From Heterodontus francisci (taxonomy: Eukaryota), in contig NW_027140807.1 in NCBI RefSeq assembly GCF_036365525.1, forward strand, positions 1,488,001 to 1,552,000: a stretch of DNA of 64,000 nt. The letters run 5' to 3'. Positions within the stretch are counted from its first letter, which is position 1, and each line of letters begins with the position of its first letter. This document shows positions 12,693 through 25,543 of the stretch, one piece after another. Both the position numbers and the translations under genes were made by a program. The notes under the pieces were generated by a model. That model had not been told where the DNA came from. It made no database searches and was given only the letters and a program-made list of their open reading frames with translations.

Positions 12693-13508
12693 CTCACTGG
12701 CTGCACAGTAATACACCGCCGCATCCACAGCCTTCACCTTGAGGACCCTCAGGCTGCATCGTCTCTCCTCGTGCCTCAAAATCTTCACCTCCTCCTCAAA
12801 TCTTCCTTCGTAAATGGGTGAGCTTCCAGTGTAAGAATGACCCATTAGGGTGAGCCCCTGCCCGGCATACTGCCGATACCACAGCATAATGCTCTTTCTA
12901 CTGTCATTCCGGGAACAGTTTAATTCTGCTGGTTCACTTCCATTCACCACCACCAGAGTTGGCCACTGGTGTATCACCTCTGCTAGAGTTTTGCCTTGAG
13001 AAATAAGGAGAATAGTTTAAAAAGTTTAGAACATATTGTGACATATGATAACCAACTATAACTATCAAAATAGTTAAGTAGATAATACTAGATAACTATA
13101 TAGGCAGACAATATATAGTTAAATGATATATTGGTAGATATATAGATAATAAACAGATAGATATAGAGATTGAAAAATAATGTAGCAAGTGATATGAGAG
13201 AGACAAATTAACCCAGAATTAGGGCAAACTTATCGGTTAAAGATAGCTGTAGTAGCGTCACGAATATATAAGTAACTTTCATTCAGTCAAACATTTCATT
13301 AAGCCAATATTATTTACAGTGAAATTACGTTATGTAGTTCAAGAAATGACAGAAAATCGACTTCAATGATGTTTTATCAATCTAGTTTGGAAGAAGTTAG
13401 CAGTGAATGAAAACACAGCAAGTATTTTAGCAGAGGTATCTTTATGAAGGATGAATACCTACATGGAAGAAGAGAACAGACGATTAGGAAGAGTTTGACT
13501 AACTGCAT
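12693..13508 (-). CDS. TRBV: TCR beta V segment V4 (family C), open frame
   Basis: Leader 13463-13508 MQLVKLFLIVCSLLP, donor GTAGGT; V exon 12693-12994 ending DAAVYYCAASE. Confidence 0.9.
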
Positions 13509-14681
13509 CCTGCAGACTGGGGGCTGAATCTGTTCATGAATCAATATCAGGCGGCTGAAGATAAAGCAGAGAGCGGAAATGACAGCACTGGAAGCAGGGT
13601 TTCCTTCTGACCCCTCACTTCTGGGTATGACAGAATAATAACACCCACTGGTCGGAAGGAGCTTGAATAAGGAAATGCTTCCCGTTTGTATCTGGCTCTC
13701 GTTGCTTGTGTCTGATTGGTGTTGTATTGGGTAGCTCTTTCGAAAAACCGGGCCAGGCTCAATGGGCTGAATGGCCTCGGCTCTGCTGTAGGATTCTATA
13801 AATATATAAGACACATCAAGTTGCTTGTTTGTGTTAGGCAGATCAAAATTTATTTCCCCTGGGCTAAACGACAATTCAAGGGTTATGTTTTACATTGGGG
13901 TGAAATCTTAGATACTTTGAAAAGCGACAGTGTCATGAAGAAGTGGGTTAACTGTTTTGAACAGATGCTCAAACCGCCGTCAGGAGGCAGGTGTTCCAGT
14001 GAGAGACCTATCTGGGGAGGTGTCTCACTTTTGCATTGTATGAATCATTGGGGACATGTACAACAGGGAGCTATGTGTAACTCTTGTCAAATACCACCGA
14101 CAGCTCATTCAACAGGACCATGAACCCATTTACCCCACCTCGTAATCTGTTCTTTACAGGTAGAGGCTGCCTTAACGAGAAGGACCTGAGCACATTGCTG
14201 CAGCATTTTTAATAATTCATAATGTATTGATGTACTCTGAGTCGAAGGAGAGCAAGAAGATGAAACTATCAGTAAAATACAAATCATGATATATCAATAA
14301 TTAAACTGGTATGGTGTAAATAATGGTCTTAGATTGATGATAAACGTCAGATATATGGTGGATGCATATTTAGAGAGGTGAGAGACAGAGAGATAAATCG
14401 ATGGCAAATATATATATATGATCAAGATAAATAGATAGATAAATGGTGCAATATNNNNNNNNNNNNNNNNNNNNNNNNNNNNNNNNNNNNNNNNNNNNNN
14501 NNNNNNNNNNNNNNNNNNNNNNNNNNNNNNNNNNNNNNNNNNNNNNNNNNNNNNNNNNNNNNNNNNNNNNNNNNNNNNNNNNNNNNNGAGACACAGAAAC
14601 TCGCAGATAGTCAGAGAGACAGAAAGACACTGAGATAGACAGACAGGTTTATCTCCCACAAGTGCTTTCCTCCCCCTTTAG

Positions 14682-14720
14682 TGTTTTTGCTGAACTCCGG
14701 CGCCTTTCTGAGTCACTGTG
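14682..14720 (-). other. 23-RSS of V5
   Basis: CACAGTG-23bp-GCAAAAACA. Confidence 0.93.
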
Positions 14721-15344
14721 CAGTCTCCAGGCACAGTAATACACGGCTGATTGATTCGCCCACAGGCTGGAGGACTCCAGGTAAAAATGGGTGTTGTCGG
14801 GTCTCCTGGCGGTGAAACCGTCCACCTCACCAGAGGGAATGACCGTTCCAGCGAGGTTGGAATAGAAAAGGTTCTCGGGATCACGGTCCGGATGCCACCG
14901 GTACCAGTAGAAATAGGAGCCAACATCTGCCTTTGTGTAAACGCACTGGATACTGACTGGAGAGCCTGGGGAATGGGATATGGAAGCGGGAGTCTGTTGG
15001 ATCAACACGGCCCCCACATCTGTAAAACAGAGAGAGAGAGAAAGAGATTTACCCAGGGACATTGTCTCTATCGTTACAAACAAGAAGAGGTAGAAGTGGG
15101 CAGAGAGAGAGAGAGAGAGAGAGCGCTGGGGACCAGTTAGAGGCAGAGAGGCAGAGATAAAGGCAAAGAGAGAGAGAGAGAGAGAATGAGAGACAGAGAA
15201 AGAAATATAGAGGGAGAAGGAGAGAGACAAAGACAGACAGAGACTGAGAAGCAGAGACACATGTACATCATTGTAACCTCACAGTTCAGACACCTCCTTA
15301 CCCGTTAACACCAACAACACAACCCAGAGCTGAGAGACAGCCAT
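14721..15344 (-). CDS. TRBV: TCR beta V segment V5 (family D), open frame
   Basis: Leader 15302-15344 MAVSQLWVVLLVLT, donor GTAAGG; V exon 14721-15019 ending SAVYYCAWRL; TATA-like TATAAAA at ~15371-15377. Confidence 0.9.
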
Positions 15345-16639
15345 CTCTGGAGGGTAAAGGATCCGTGTGGTTTTATATGAAGTGACTGAGCACTTTTATT
15401 GTAGAGTATCTCAAAGTTCTGGGCACTGACTGAAATTCACAGCTTCCCTCTCCATCACTTTATCATACAGATAGGCGGGACCCAGTTTTCTTTCATTTCC
15501 GGGGAGGGACCAATGTTAGACTCCTGGTAATCGCTTTCTGGAACTGCAATTCTGTTTCATTGACATCTGCAGCCCGATCATTCGGAGCCCTGTCCAAATA
15601 TGTGCACACAGTACTCCAGGTGTGTTCTCACCAAGACCCAATACAAGTGTAATACGACTTCCTTATTCTTGTACTCCCATCCCCCATGAAACAAAGACCA
15701 ACATGCCTGTAATTCAACAGAAGCACTTCATTGGCTGTCGAACTCCTTGGGAAGTTCCAGATCGGCTTTCCAACTTTCTCCTCTCTTTCAGATACTGACG
15801 TTGACTATATAGAATTGCAGACAATATAGAACACAGCATCAGGTGAACGGATCTATACAGGTGTTAATGTTCCACAGATACATCCTTTCATCCCTCTTTA
15901 TCTCAACCTCTCAGCATCTCCTGTCAGTCCTTTCTGCCTCGTATGTCTACTGGTTTCCCACTGAATACTATTTACCTCCACCACTGCCTATGGTGGTGAG
16001 TTCCCCATTCTCACCAATCTCTGGGGAATGAAGTTTGTCCTGAATTCACGTTTGGATTTTTAGTGAGTATCTTATGCCTTATAATTCTGGTCTTTAGCCT
16101 CAAGTGAAAATATCTTGTCTACGTCTATCCTATCAAACCTATTAATAATATTAAAGACTTCTTATCTGGGCACCCCTCATTTCTAGAGAAGAACCCCAGC
16201 CTGTTCGATCTTTACTGCTATGTATAATTATACCGTGATCTAAATGTGGCCTAACCAATGTATATAGACGCCAGAACTGTGCATAGTGCTCCAGTTGTGA
16301 TCTAACCAATGTATAATGAGAGCGGAACAGTGCACAGTTCTCCAAATGAAGTCGAACCAAGGTATGAGGAGACCTGAAATGTTGACAGTGCACCCAGTGT
16401 GTTTTAACCAAGGAGGTTGGAGGCCAAACATGTGCAAATTCCAATTTTGGAACCCAGGTACATGAAGATAAAACTGTGGATGAGGCCCTGCTCTCTGAGT
16501 TCTTGGAAAAATTCCGTGAGTTTGAAGTCAGTCTGTGTGTGGTTCTTTGTCTAGACAGTGGATAGCTCTGAACTGCTTTGTCCCATCAGTCACTTTACAT
16601 AAATACACCTCCACATTGACCTTACCTTGGAGATCCTAC

Positions 16640-17230
16640 AGTAGACACCTCAAGGCACAGGAGAAGTAACACCAGAGGTGCCTCCGCATTAACCTCCAAA
16701 TCCAGTGGCAAGACAGGTAGTCCAACAGCATCGTCCTCTCCCAAACCAACCTGTCTAGTGTCAGGGCGCGAATCACCCAAAACCAGCTCCACTGGCTGGG
16801 ACATGACATTCACATTCCTGCCACCAGACTCCCCAAAGCAGCAGTTCTACTCAGAACTTAGCCGTGTCAGGAGACTCCCAGGAGGACAGCGGAAACGCTT
16901 TAGAGATGTCCTCACAGGATCCCTGGAGAGATGAAACATCCGCGTCGACTCCTTGGAGACCCTGGCTCCTGAACATCCCAGATGGAGAAAGGACATACGG
17001 GAAGGCATTGGACACCTCGAGGAACTTAAGGAACATGCAGAGGTCAGGCCGAGGCATCGGAGGGAGCGCACAAACCTGCAAACTAATCACCTACCTGATC
17101 CTACAAGCACCACCTGCCCCTCATGTACCAGAGTCTGCAGATCATACACTGGTCTCATCAGCCATCTCAGAACCCATTGAACCGGAGTGGAAGCAAGTCA
17201 TCCTCAATCCCGGGGGAATGCCTAAGAAGG
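16640..17230 (+). mobile_element. RTE-clade LINE 3' fragment
   Basis: Broken frames give IQWQDR, GGQRKRFRD, ETLA..HPRWRK and the C-terminal C..C.R.CRS..GLISHLRTH; copy at ~63590-64000. Confidence 0.72.
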
Positions 17231-18149
17231 GGAACTCTTTCCGGCTTCCTGGTTAATTTATTGTTTTGCACCATTCTGCAAAAGCAAACCCGCTCTGAAA
17301 ACCTCAACATACTGAGTTTCACCTCCTCAATGAACAGACCTGATTAATACAGCCCCTCGACCGGCGGGGTGAGGATATCACAACATGTCAGTGTGAAGCC
17401 TTCTGTTCTGAAAACTGTCTCTCACTTGATCACATGAAGTGAGCACCAGATCTCCCGTTATTCCACCTGGAAACAGGGAGCATGGGGAGCAAAATGCTAC
17501 TTTACACTTGGCACGATAGATGTGGGAGTTGTGCTAAAGTCAGGATGGACATTCAGGCTCTCTCCTAGTTTCCTACAAACACCTGGGACTATGTAATTGT
17601 AAAATAGAAACTGGAAATCTGCAAACTGGCATCTGGGTGCAACTATTTCAAGGTTGGACTGATATTAATGTCACTTAATGCCCCCAAAAGGATCAGATTT
17701 AAAGCTCATCTACCTGATATCAAATCATTGATTTGTTTGACATTGCCAGAATATTTTGTGTGAAATAGTTGAGAAGTGAAACATTTCAGAAGCAGCCAAG
17801 TTGACCTGCAGAGCTGCTGTGGGTAAAGCTCACTCTGTCTGAGCATGTTCTGGGCAGCGGCGACACTAGAGTAACACTGGCACCTAGTGGCTTCACGTGC
17901 AACTGCAAGCACCGATTCTGCAGGCGTTTCAGTCTCAGACTCTAAAATTGTATCAGTCATTGGCTTTATCCTCCTACTCGACTCCCGTTTGCGCTTGTGG
18001 CATAGAACCAGATGGAAGTTAATGCACTCTTCCGCGCCATTCGGCCAGACAGCTCTCTGCTTCACTCAAGCCGCAACCAGTCAAATACATTTTGAAGTGC
18101 AGTCACTGTTGTAATGTCGGGAAGGAGGCAGACAAGCTGCAAGATCAAG

Positions 18150-18500
18150 TGCAGGGATATTCAGAAAGAACAGGGAGTGGGAGTAATTGGACAGGGAAGA
18201 TGAAAACGAGGGATCATAAATGTAAGGTTGTCCTTAATAAATCCAATTGGGAATTCAGAAGGAGGTTCTTTAACCCAGGGAGCGGTCAGAATGTGGAATT
18301 CGCGACCAACTGGAATGGTTTGAGGTCGAATAGAGACAATACTGTTAAGGGGGGAGCTCAATAAATACATGAGTGAGAAAGGAATAGGAGAATCTGTTGA
18401 TAGGGTAGGATGAAGAGAGATGGGAGGAGGTCGCTCTTTCGAACAGGCAGGCCAGGATCGATGGGCTGAATGGCCTGGATTTGTCCTGCATTATTCTATG
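18150..18500 (+). mobile_element. CR1 LINE 3' end
   Basis: FF-Q-VV--WN-like region and tail GATGGGCTGAATGGCC..TTCTATG. Confidence 0.65.
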
Positions 18501-19298
18501 ATCCAATAAGACCCATCAACCTGCTGCCTTGTTTCAGGGCCAAGACAGTTTCATTCCCCACCCACACCTCCCCCACCCCCTTCCCCCACTTGTACTAAAC
18601 GGGAGCTAAAGGGTTAAGTTCTTCACCGCACTGAACTCCAGTCATTGTGAAAATTCTTCAAAAGACACCGAGAGACTGAGAGACAAGTGGGTTAACAGTT
18701 TTGAACAGATGCTGAAGCCGCCGTCTGGAGGCAGGTGTTCCAGTCAGAGACGGATCTGGAGAGGTTTCTCGCCTTTGCACTGTATGAATCATCAGAGACA
18801 TGATTAAAGGTTCCAAGATCAACCATTTCCTATTTGTATGGACTTGTGTCCATTAGAGTAATGAGGGTAAGGGGAGATTTTAAAGATGTGGTCAGATGTG
18901 TCTTGATAGAGAAACTGTATCCAGAGGGTAGTATCTACTGTCAGGAGGGTCGATAAACCAGGGACCAAGAATTGAAGGTAATTGGGAAAGGAACCAGAGT
19001 GGGAGATGAGTGGAATCTTTCTCCTCAGTGAATTGTTATCATGTGGAGGACACTGACTGCAAGGGCGGTGGAAGACCATCCAATAGTAACTTCCAGATGT
19101 CAATTGGAGAAGTAGATGAAGGGGAGATTTATTAGTGCAATGAAGAACTAGTCAGTGAATGGGAACTAGTTAGACAACTCTGTCAAAGAGCCAGTTCATT
19201 CAACAGTAGACATAGAAACTGACAGATCGTCAGAGTGTTAGAATGACACCCCAGATAGACAGGTCTATCTCCCACAAGTGAGCTCTGACAATGTCTAG

Positions 19299-19337
19299 AG
19301 TTTTTGCTGAACTCCGGCGCCTTTCTGAATCACTGTG
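19299..19337 (-). other. 23-RSS of V6
   Basis: CACAGTG-23bp-GCAAAAACT. Confidence 0.93.
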
Positions 19338-19956
19338 CTGACTCCAGGCACAGTAATACACGGCTGATTGATTCACCCACAGGCTGGAGGACTCCAGGTA
19401 AAAATGGGTGTTTTCGGGTCTCCTGGCGGTGAAACCGTCCACCTCACCTGAGGGGTTGACCGTTCCGGCGTAGCTGGAATAGAAAAGGTCCTGAGGCTCA
19501 CGGTCCAGATGCCATCGGTACCAGTAGAAATAGGAGCCTGCTGTTGCTTCTGTGTAAATACATTGGATCCTGACTGGAGAGCCTGGGGAATGGGATATGG
19601 AAGCGGGAGTCTGTTGGATCAACACAGCCCCCACATCTGTAAAACAGAGAGGGAGAGAGAGAGAGAGAGAAATAGAGAGATAAACCCAGGGACAATGTCC
19701 ATATCGTTACCAACAAGGAGAGGTAGAAGTGGGCAGACAGACAGAGATAGAGAGAGCGGTGGGGACCAGTTAGAGGCAGAGAGGCAGAGAGAGAGAGATG
19801 AGAGACAGAGAACGAAATATGGAGGGAGAAGGAGAGAGACAAAGACAGCCAGAGACTGAGAAGCAGAGACACATGTACATCATTGTAACCTCACAGTTCA
19901 GGCACCTCCTTACCCGTTAACACCAACAACACAACCCAGAGCTGAGACACAGCCAT
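19338..19956 (-). CDS. TRBV: TCR beta V segment V6 (family D), open frame
   Basis: Leader 19914-19956 MAVSQLWVVLLVLT; V exon 19338-19636 ending SAVYYCAWSQ. Confidence 0.9.
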
Positions 19957-21224
19957 CTCTGGAGGGTGAAGGATCCGTGTGGTTTTATATGAAATGACTG
20001 AGCACTTGTATTGTCGAGTACCCCAAAGTTCTGGGTACTGACTGGAATTTATAGCTTCCGTCTCCATCATCTTCAACACTTGCCTATGCGGAGCCAAGCT
20101 TTCTTTCTTTGCTCATGGGCTCACCGAGGACTCGTCATTTCTGGGGAGGGACCAATGTTTGACCCTCAGCTCATCGGTTTCTGGGCCTGCAGTTCTGTTT
20201 CATGTCTTTGATAGTTGCAGAAGGGAAGGGAGCAAATGTGATTTAAACTATCTTCTGTGGTGGAGAGGTGATTAAATGAGCGGGTGTGTTGGGATCATCA
20301 ATACCTTCAATACTCCCCTGATCATAACCACATTCATCCTGACACCATCCTCACACTCATCATTACCATCTGAGGCCACATTGTCACCCTCCTCCCGACC
20401 GCCAGCATCTGTGTCAGCCTCACCCTCAGCAGCCTCATAACCATGAAAAGATGCTCACTCCACCATCATTATCAAGCTTGTTCTCTTCCAATTGTATCTG
20501 AATGTATTCAGTGATGGGATGTGTGCATTGCTGGGAGGGTCATTTCAGAAAAGCTGAGATGTTACAAGAGTAAATGTTCACTTTCTTTCTTAAATATCCA
20601 TCAGGACTCGGTAACAATGGAAATGTTAAAGGTTAGACCAGGAGTGGGGTGACAAGTTAACTATTCCATAGATGCACTTGACATGAAGTGAGGAGACCAT
20701 GGATGGAATGGGAAACATTCCAATGTGTGTGGATTGAATGAGCAGTGGTGTGGTCCAGCATCGCACCCCTAACCTTCTGGATAGGGTTCTGGGACTTTTT
20801 GGAACCTTGTGTGTCACAATGAACAGCTTCTCCCACACCTCCACATAGCTGAAATCCCTCACGCCCGGTCACCTCCTTGTAAATCTCCTTTGCACCCTCT
20901 GCATCCTCCCAACAATGTCATGTACAGAAGTGGACGTAGCACACCGGTTGAAGCCAAAACAGGCTTTTTATAAAGGGTTTAGCATCAATTTGTTGCGTTT
21001 GTGTTGCATTCAAAATTGTGTGCGTTAATTCTGCTTAATCAGGGAAAATAGTATGAAACATGCATTTCGGTATGACATTTTTGCTCGGTGGATTTGTTTT
21101 GACTTACCTGCAGTTTTTTGGCACTAAAGTGTCAGCCTTTTTCTTGGCTCCAGTCTGTGGAGTGGGTCCTTCTAACTCAGAGAGGACAGTTCTACCCACT
21201 CAGGCAGCGCACGTTGAGTCTTGA

Positions 21225-21775
21225 GTACCTCACCTCCTGACTCCCCAAAGCCTGTCCACCATCTATAAGGTACAAGTCAGGAGTGTGTTGGAATACTCTC
21301 CACTAGAGTGTGGCTCCAACAACACTGAAGAAGCTCGATACCATCCAGGACAAAACAGCCCGCTTGATTGGCACCCCATTCACAAACTTTCACCCCTCCA
21401 CCACCGACGCACAGTGGCAGCAGTGTGTACTATATAGAAAATGCACTGCAGCAATGCACCAAGGCTCCTTCGACAACACCTTCCAAAACCACGACCTCCA
21501 ACACCTAGAAGGACAAGGACAGCAGATGCACGGGAACATCACCAACTGCAGGTTCTCCTTCAAGCCACATGCCATCCTGACTTGGAACTATATCGCCGTT
21601 CCTTCACTGTCGCTGGGTCAAAATCCTGGAACTCCATTCCTAACAGGACCGTGGGTGGACCTACCCCACATGGACTGCAGTGGTTCAAGAAGGCAGCTCA
21701 CCACCACCTTCTCAAGGGCAACTTGGGATGGATAGCAAATGTTGGACTGGTCAGCGATGCTCACATCTCAATAAA
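21225..21775 (+). mobile_element. LINE 3' fragment (L2/CR1 group)
   Basis: APTTLKKLDTIQDKTARLIG; reverse-orientation homolog of 11770-12290. Confidence 0.75.
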
Positions 21776-22161
21776 TAATTATTTTAAAACTATAAATGAA
21801 CAGAAGCTGCTTCTTTCGGCAGAAGGCAACCAGGAGACATTGATTAAATGTAACTGGCAGATGAATAAGTGGGGGGAGGGGGGAGATGTGATGATTTGTT
21901 TAAGCAGCGAGTTGTTATGATGTGGCTAGCACTGTCTGAAAGGGTGTTGGAAGCACCTTGAACATGAACATTCAAAAGGCAATGGATTGCACACGTGAAT
22001 GGAATCAATGTGCATGGCTATGGGGAAGTAGCAGGGGGGAAGAGCATAAACTGGACAGTTCTTTCAAATAAGCCAGTACGGGGGAGATGGGCCGAATGGC
22101 CTCCTTCTGTTCTGTTATCCAAGATGATTCCATGAACTGGTTGCAGAAAATGAGCAGTCAG

Positions 22162-22469
22162 TCTACTGCTGCCCCCTGCCGGTGGAAGATGAGCACTGAG
22201 ATTCAATCTACTGCTGCCCCCTGCCGGTGGAAGATGAGCACTGAGATTCAATCAACTGCTGCCTCCTGCCGGTGGAGGATGAGCACTGAGATTCAATCTA
22301 CTGCTGCCCCCTGCCGGTGGAAGATGAGCACTGAGATTCAATCTACTGCTGCCTCCTGCCGGTGGAGGATGAGCACTGAGATTCAATCTACTGCTGCCCC
22401 CTGCTGGTGGAAAATGAGCATTGATATACAATCTGCTGCTGCCCCCTGCCGGTGGAAGATGAGCACTGA
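22162..22469 (-). repeat. 45-bp tandem repeat, 7 units, each with a CTCF-like motif
   Basis: Unit GATTCAATCTACTGCTGCCCCCTGCCGGTGGAAGATGAGCACTGA; cores begin at 22169, 22214, 22259, 22304, 22349, 22394, 22439. Confidence 0.93.
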
Positions 22470-22489
22470 ACTCCTGTTCATCCGCTGCA

Positions 22490-22528
22490 GGTTTTTGCAG
22501 CTGAGTATCCGCTTTCTCAAACACTGTG
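22490..22528 (-). other. 23-RSS of V7
   Basis: CACAGTG-23bp-GCAAAAACC. Confidence 0.95.
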
Positions 22529-23363
22529 CAATACTACAAGCGCAGAAATAGACAGCGGTGTGAGATGGAGCGGCGTCTCTCAGTGCCAAAGTAAACAGCG
22601 TATCGCTGGCTCTGACTGCCTTAAATGACTCGGACGTGTAATTGGTAACAGACCCTTCTGTAGCAGAATAGAACAGAGCTTCCAGTGCCCTGTCTGGTTG
22701 TTGTCTGTACCAGTACATATAGGAATTGGCAGTATTGGTCAGCGTGCATCTGAGTGTTGTCGACTCTCCTGCTGCAATCGATAGGATAGAGGGTGACTGT
22801 TCCACATAGGAGGAGAGTATTCCTGTGGAATGGAACATCGATTAGATTATTATTTCAGTCAATAATGGATTGGAGCAGGGGCTGCATTGCAAGAAAGAAA
22901 GGGCTTACATTAATATAGCGCCGTTCAGGACCTCCGGACATCAGAAAGTGCTTTGCAACAAATGCAGTTACTCCATCAGTACTGCCTATTCGACAGTGCA
23001 GCAGTCCCTCAGTACTGCCTCTGCGACAGTGCAGCACTACCTCAGTACTGCCTGTGCGACAGTGCAGCACTACCTCAGTACTGCCTCTGCGACAGTGCAG
23101 CACTACCTCAGTACTGCCTCTGTGACAGTGCAGCACTTCTCCAGTACTGCCTCTGCGACAGTGCAGCACTCCCTCAGTCATGACACCCGGGGTGTTCAGC
23201 CTTGATTTTGAGCTGAAGTGTTCTGGAGTGAGACTCTAACACAGGCGTGTTCCAGACAGAATCACCGCTAACATTACAGTACATTATTCGACACAGTTTC
23301 TGACTTTGACTTACGTGGGAACAGGGCAGGCATCATTGTTAGACAGAGAACTTCATGCAACAT
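22529..23363 (-). CDS. TRBV: TCR beta V segment V7 (family E), open frame
   Basis: Leader 23315-23363 MLHEVLCLTMMPALFP, donor GTAAGT; V exon 22529-22822 ending HTAVYFCACSI. Confidence 0.88.
22975..23245 (-). repeat. Intronic SINE relic with internal 33-bp tandem repeat (~6 units)
   Basis: Unit CTCAGTACTGCCTCTGCGACAGTGCAGCACTAC; minus strand ACTGAGGGAGTGCTGCACTGTC resembles SacSINE1/Deu-type SINEs (from recall); ~4 units at 25215-25360, ~3 at 41510-41620. Confidence 0.7.
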
Positions 23364-24735
23364 GATTTCTTCATTCGATACTAACTCGATGTGTGAACGT
23401 GTGGAGTTTTCAACAACACACTTGCAGGCGGTTTCTATATTGTGTTCAATTAAATACCCAGCATCCGGTTGTCATTGTGATTGGCAGTCACTTACTGCGA
23501 CACTCTGCTCCACCCCATTACATTGTATAGCAATGTTGCAGAATGATACAACACAAGGGGATAGGGGGAGATTGAATAGAGGTGTTCACATTTCAGAAAG
23601 GGATTTGATAGAGTAGAATTCAGGGAAGCAACCCTCTATACCCAGAGAGTGTGCCCATCCTTTATTGCCTCTGAGAAGGTGGTGGTGAACCATCTTCGGA
23701 ATTACCTGCTGGGCCATATCAGATGGCAGTTAATAGTCAACCACATTGCTGTGGGTCTGCAGTCACATATAGGCCAGACCGGGTAAGAATGGCAGATTTC
23801 CTTCCCTGAAGGTCATCAATGAATACGTTAGGTTTTTACGACACTCCATGTTCAGAATTGCTCTTACTTTCCATTACAGATTTTATTTATTTACTTAATT
23901 AAATTTAAATTCAATTTCTGCCCTGGTGAGAATTGAACTCAAGTCTGGGGATCATTAGTCCAGGCCTCTGGATTACTAGTCCAGTAACATAACTGCTCTG
24001 CTACCGTACCTCCTTGCTGAATGGAGGTTAAAGGGTTAAATTGTTCACTGGTCTGAACTGCGTGTTTCTTTGAAGAACACATCAAATGTGACTCGAGTCT
24101 AAGATGAAAGTGGGTAAAGAGTTTTCAGCAGCTTCTGAACTCGCTGTCAGGAGGCAGGTGTCCCAGAGATGAAGGTATCTGGAGAGGGGTCTCACTTTGA
24201 ACAGTGTGAAACAGCGCTCAGATGGTTAATGGTTCTGCGCTGAGTTAGTTCCTGTGCATTAGGGGGTTGTTCGCCTCTGTGTAGTGAAGGTTAGAGGGAG
24301 ATTAACCAGACTGGTATCAGGGATGAGGGACTTCAGTTACTGTGGAGAGACTGGAGAAGCTGGGGGTTTCTGCCCTCAGAGCAGAGAAGGTTAATTAGAT
24401 GTGATACAGATATTGAAGATCATAGAGGATTTTGATAGATAATTGATGATAAACCACATCTTCTACTGGTCAATATATAGAAAATCTATGAAAAGATGGT
24501 CATTCATTACATTACTGCAGTCTGTTTAATTAGTTCATACAAACTGTAATTACCTAAATATAGATTTAGATAGATAGAGAGACAGAGAGATAGATAACCA
24601 GGTAAAGAGATAGATAGATAGAGAGACAGAGAGATAAACAATCAGGTGGACAGATAGATATGAACAATAAGCTTCAATCTACTGCTGACCCCTGCCAGTT
24701 GAAGATGAGCACTGAACTCCCGTTCATCCGCTGCA

Positions 24736-24774
24736 GGTTTTTGCAGCTGCTGATCTGCTTTCTCAAACACTGTG
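24736..24774 (-). other. 23-RSS of V8
   Basis: CACAGTG-23bp-GCAAAAACC. Confidence 0.95.
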
Positions 24775-25543
24775 TGATACTACAAGCGCAGAAATAGACA
24801 GCGGTGTGAGATGGAGCGGCGTCTCTCAGTGCCAAAGTAAACAGTGTATTGCTGGCTCTGTCTGCCTTAAATGACTCGGATGTGTAATTGGTGACAGACC
24901 CTGTTCCAGCAGAATAGAACAGAGCTTCCAGTGCCCTGTCTGGTTGTTGTCTGTACCAGTACATATAGGAATAGGCAGTATTGGTCAGCGTGCATCTGAG
25001 TGTTGTCGACTCTCCTGCTGCAATCGATAGGATAGAGGGTGACTGTTCCACATATGAGGAGAGTATTCCTGTGGGACGGAACATCGATTAGATTATTATT
25101 TCAGTCAATAATGGATTGGAGCAGAGGCTGCATTGCAAGAAAGAGAGGGCTTACATTAATATATCGCCGTTCAGGACCTCAGGGCATCAGAAAGGGCTTT
25201 GCAACCAATGTAGTTACTCCCTCAGTACTGCCTCTGTGACAGTGCTGCACTCCCTCAGTACTGCCTCTGCGACAGTGCAGCACACCCTCAGTACTGCCTC
25301 TGTGACAGTGCAGCACACCCGCAGTACTGCCTCTGCGACAGTCCAGCACTCCCTCAGCCCTGACACCTGGGGTGTTAGTTTTGACTTTGAGCTCAAGTGT
25401 TCTGGAGTGAGACTCTGACACAGCAGTGTTATGGAACAGAATCACCGCTGACATTCCAAAACATTATTCGACACAGTTTCTGACTTTGACTTACGTGGGA
25501 AGAGTGCAGCCATGAAGATTAGACAGAGAACTTCATGCAACAT
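24775..25543 (-). CDS. TRBV: TCR beta V segment V8 (family E), open frame
   Basis: Leader 25495-25543 MLHEVLCLIFMAALFP; V exon 24775-25068 ending YFCACSI. Confidence 0.88.

Noticed and set aside
22975-23180. GACAGTG repeats as cryptic RSS heptamers
   Set aside because: They lack the essential CAC on that strand, and I saw no nonamer at 12 or 23 bp.
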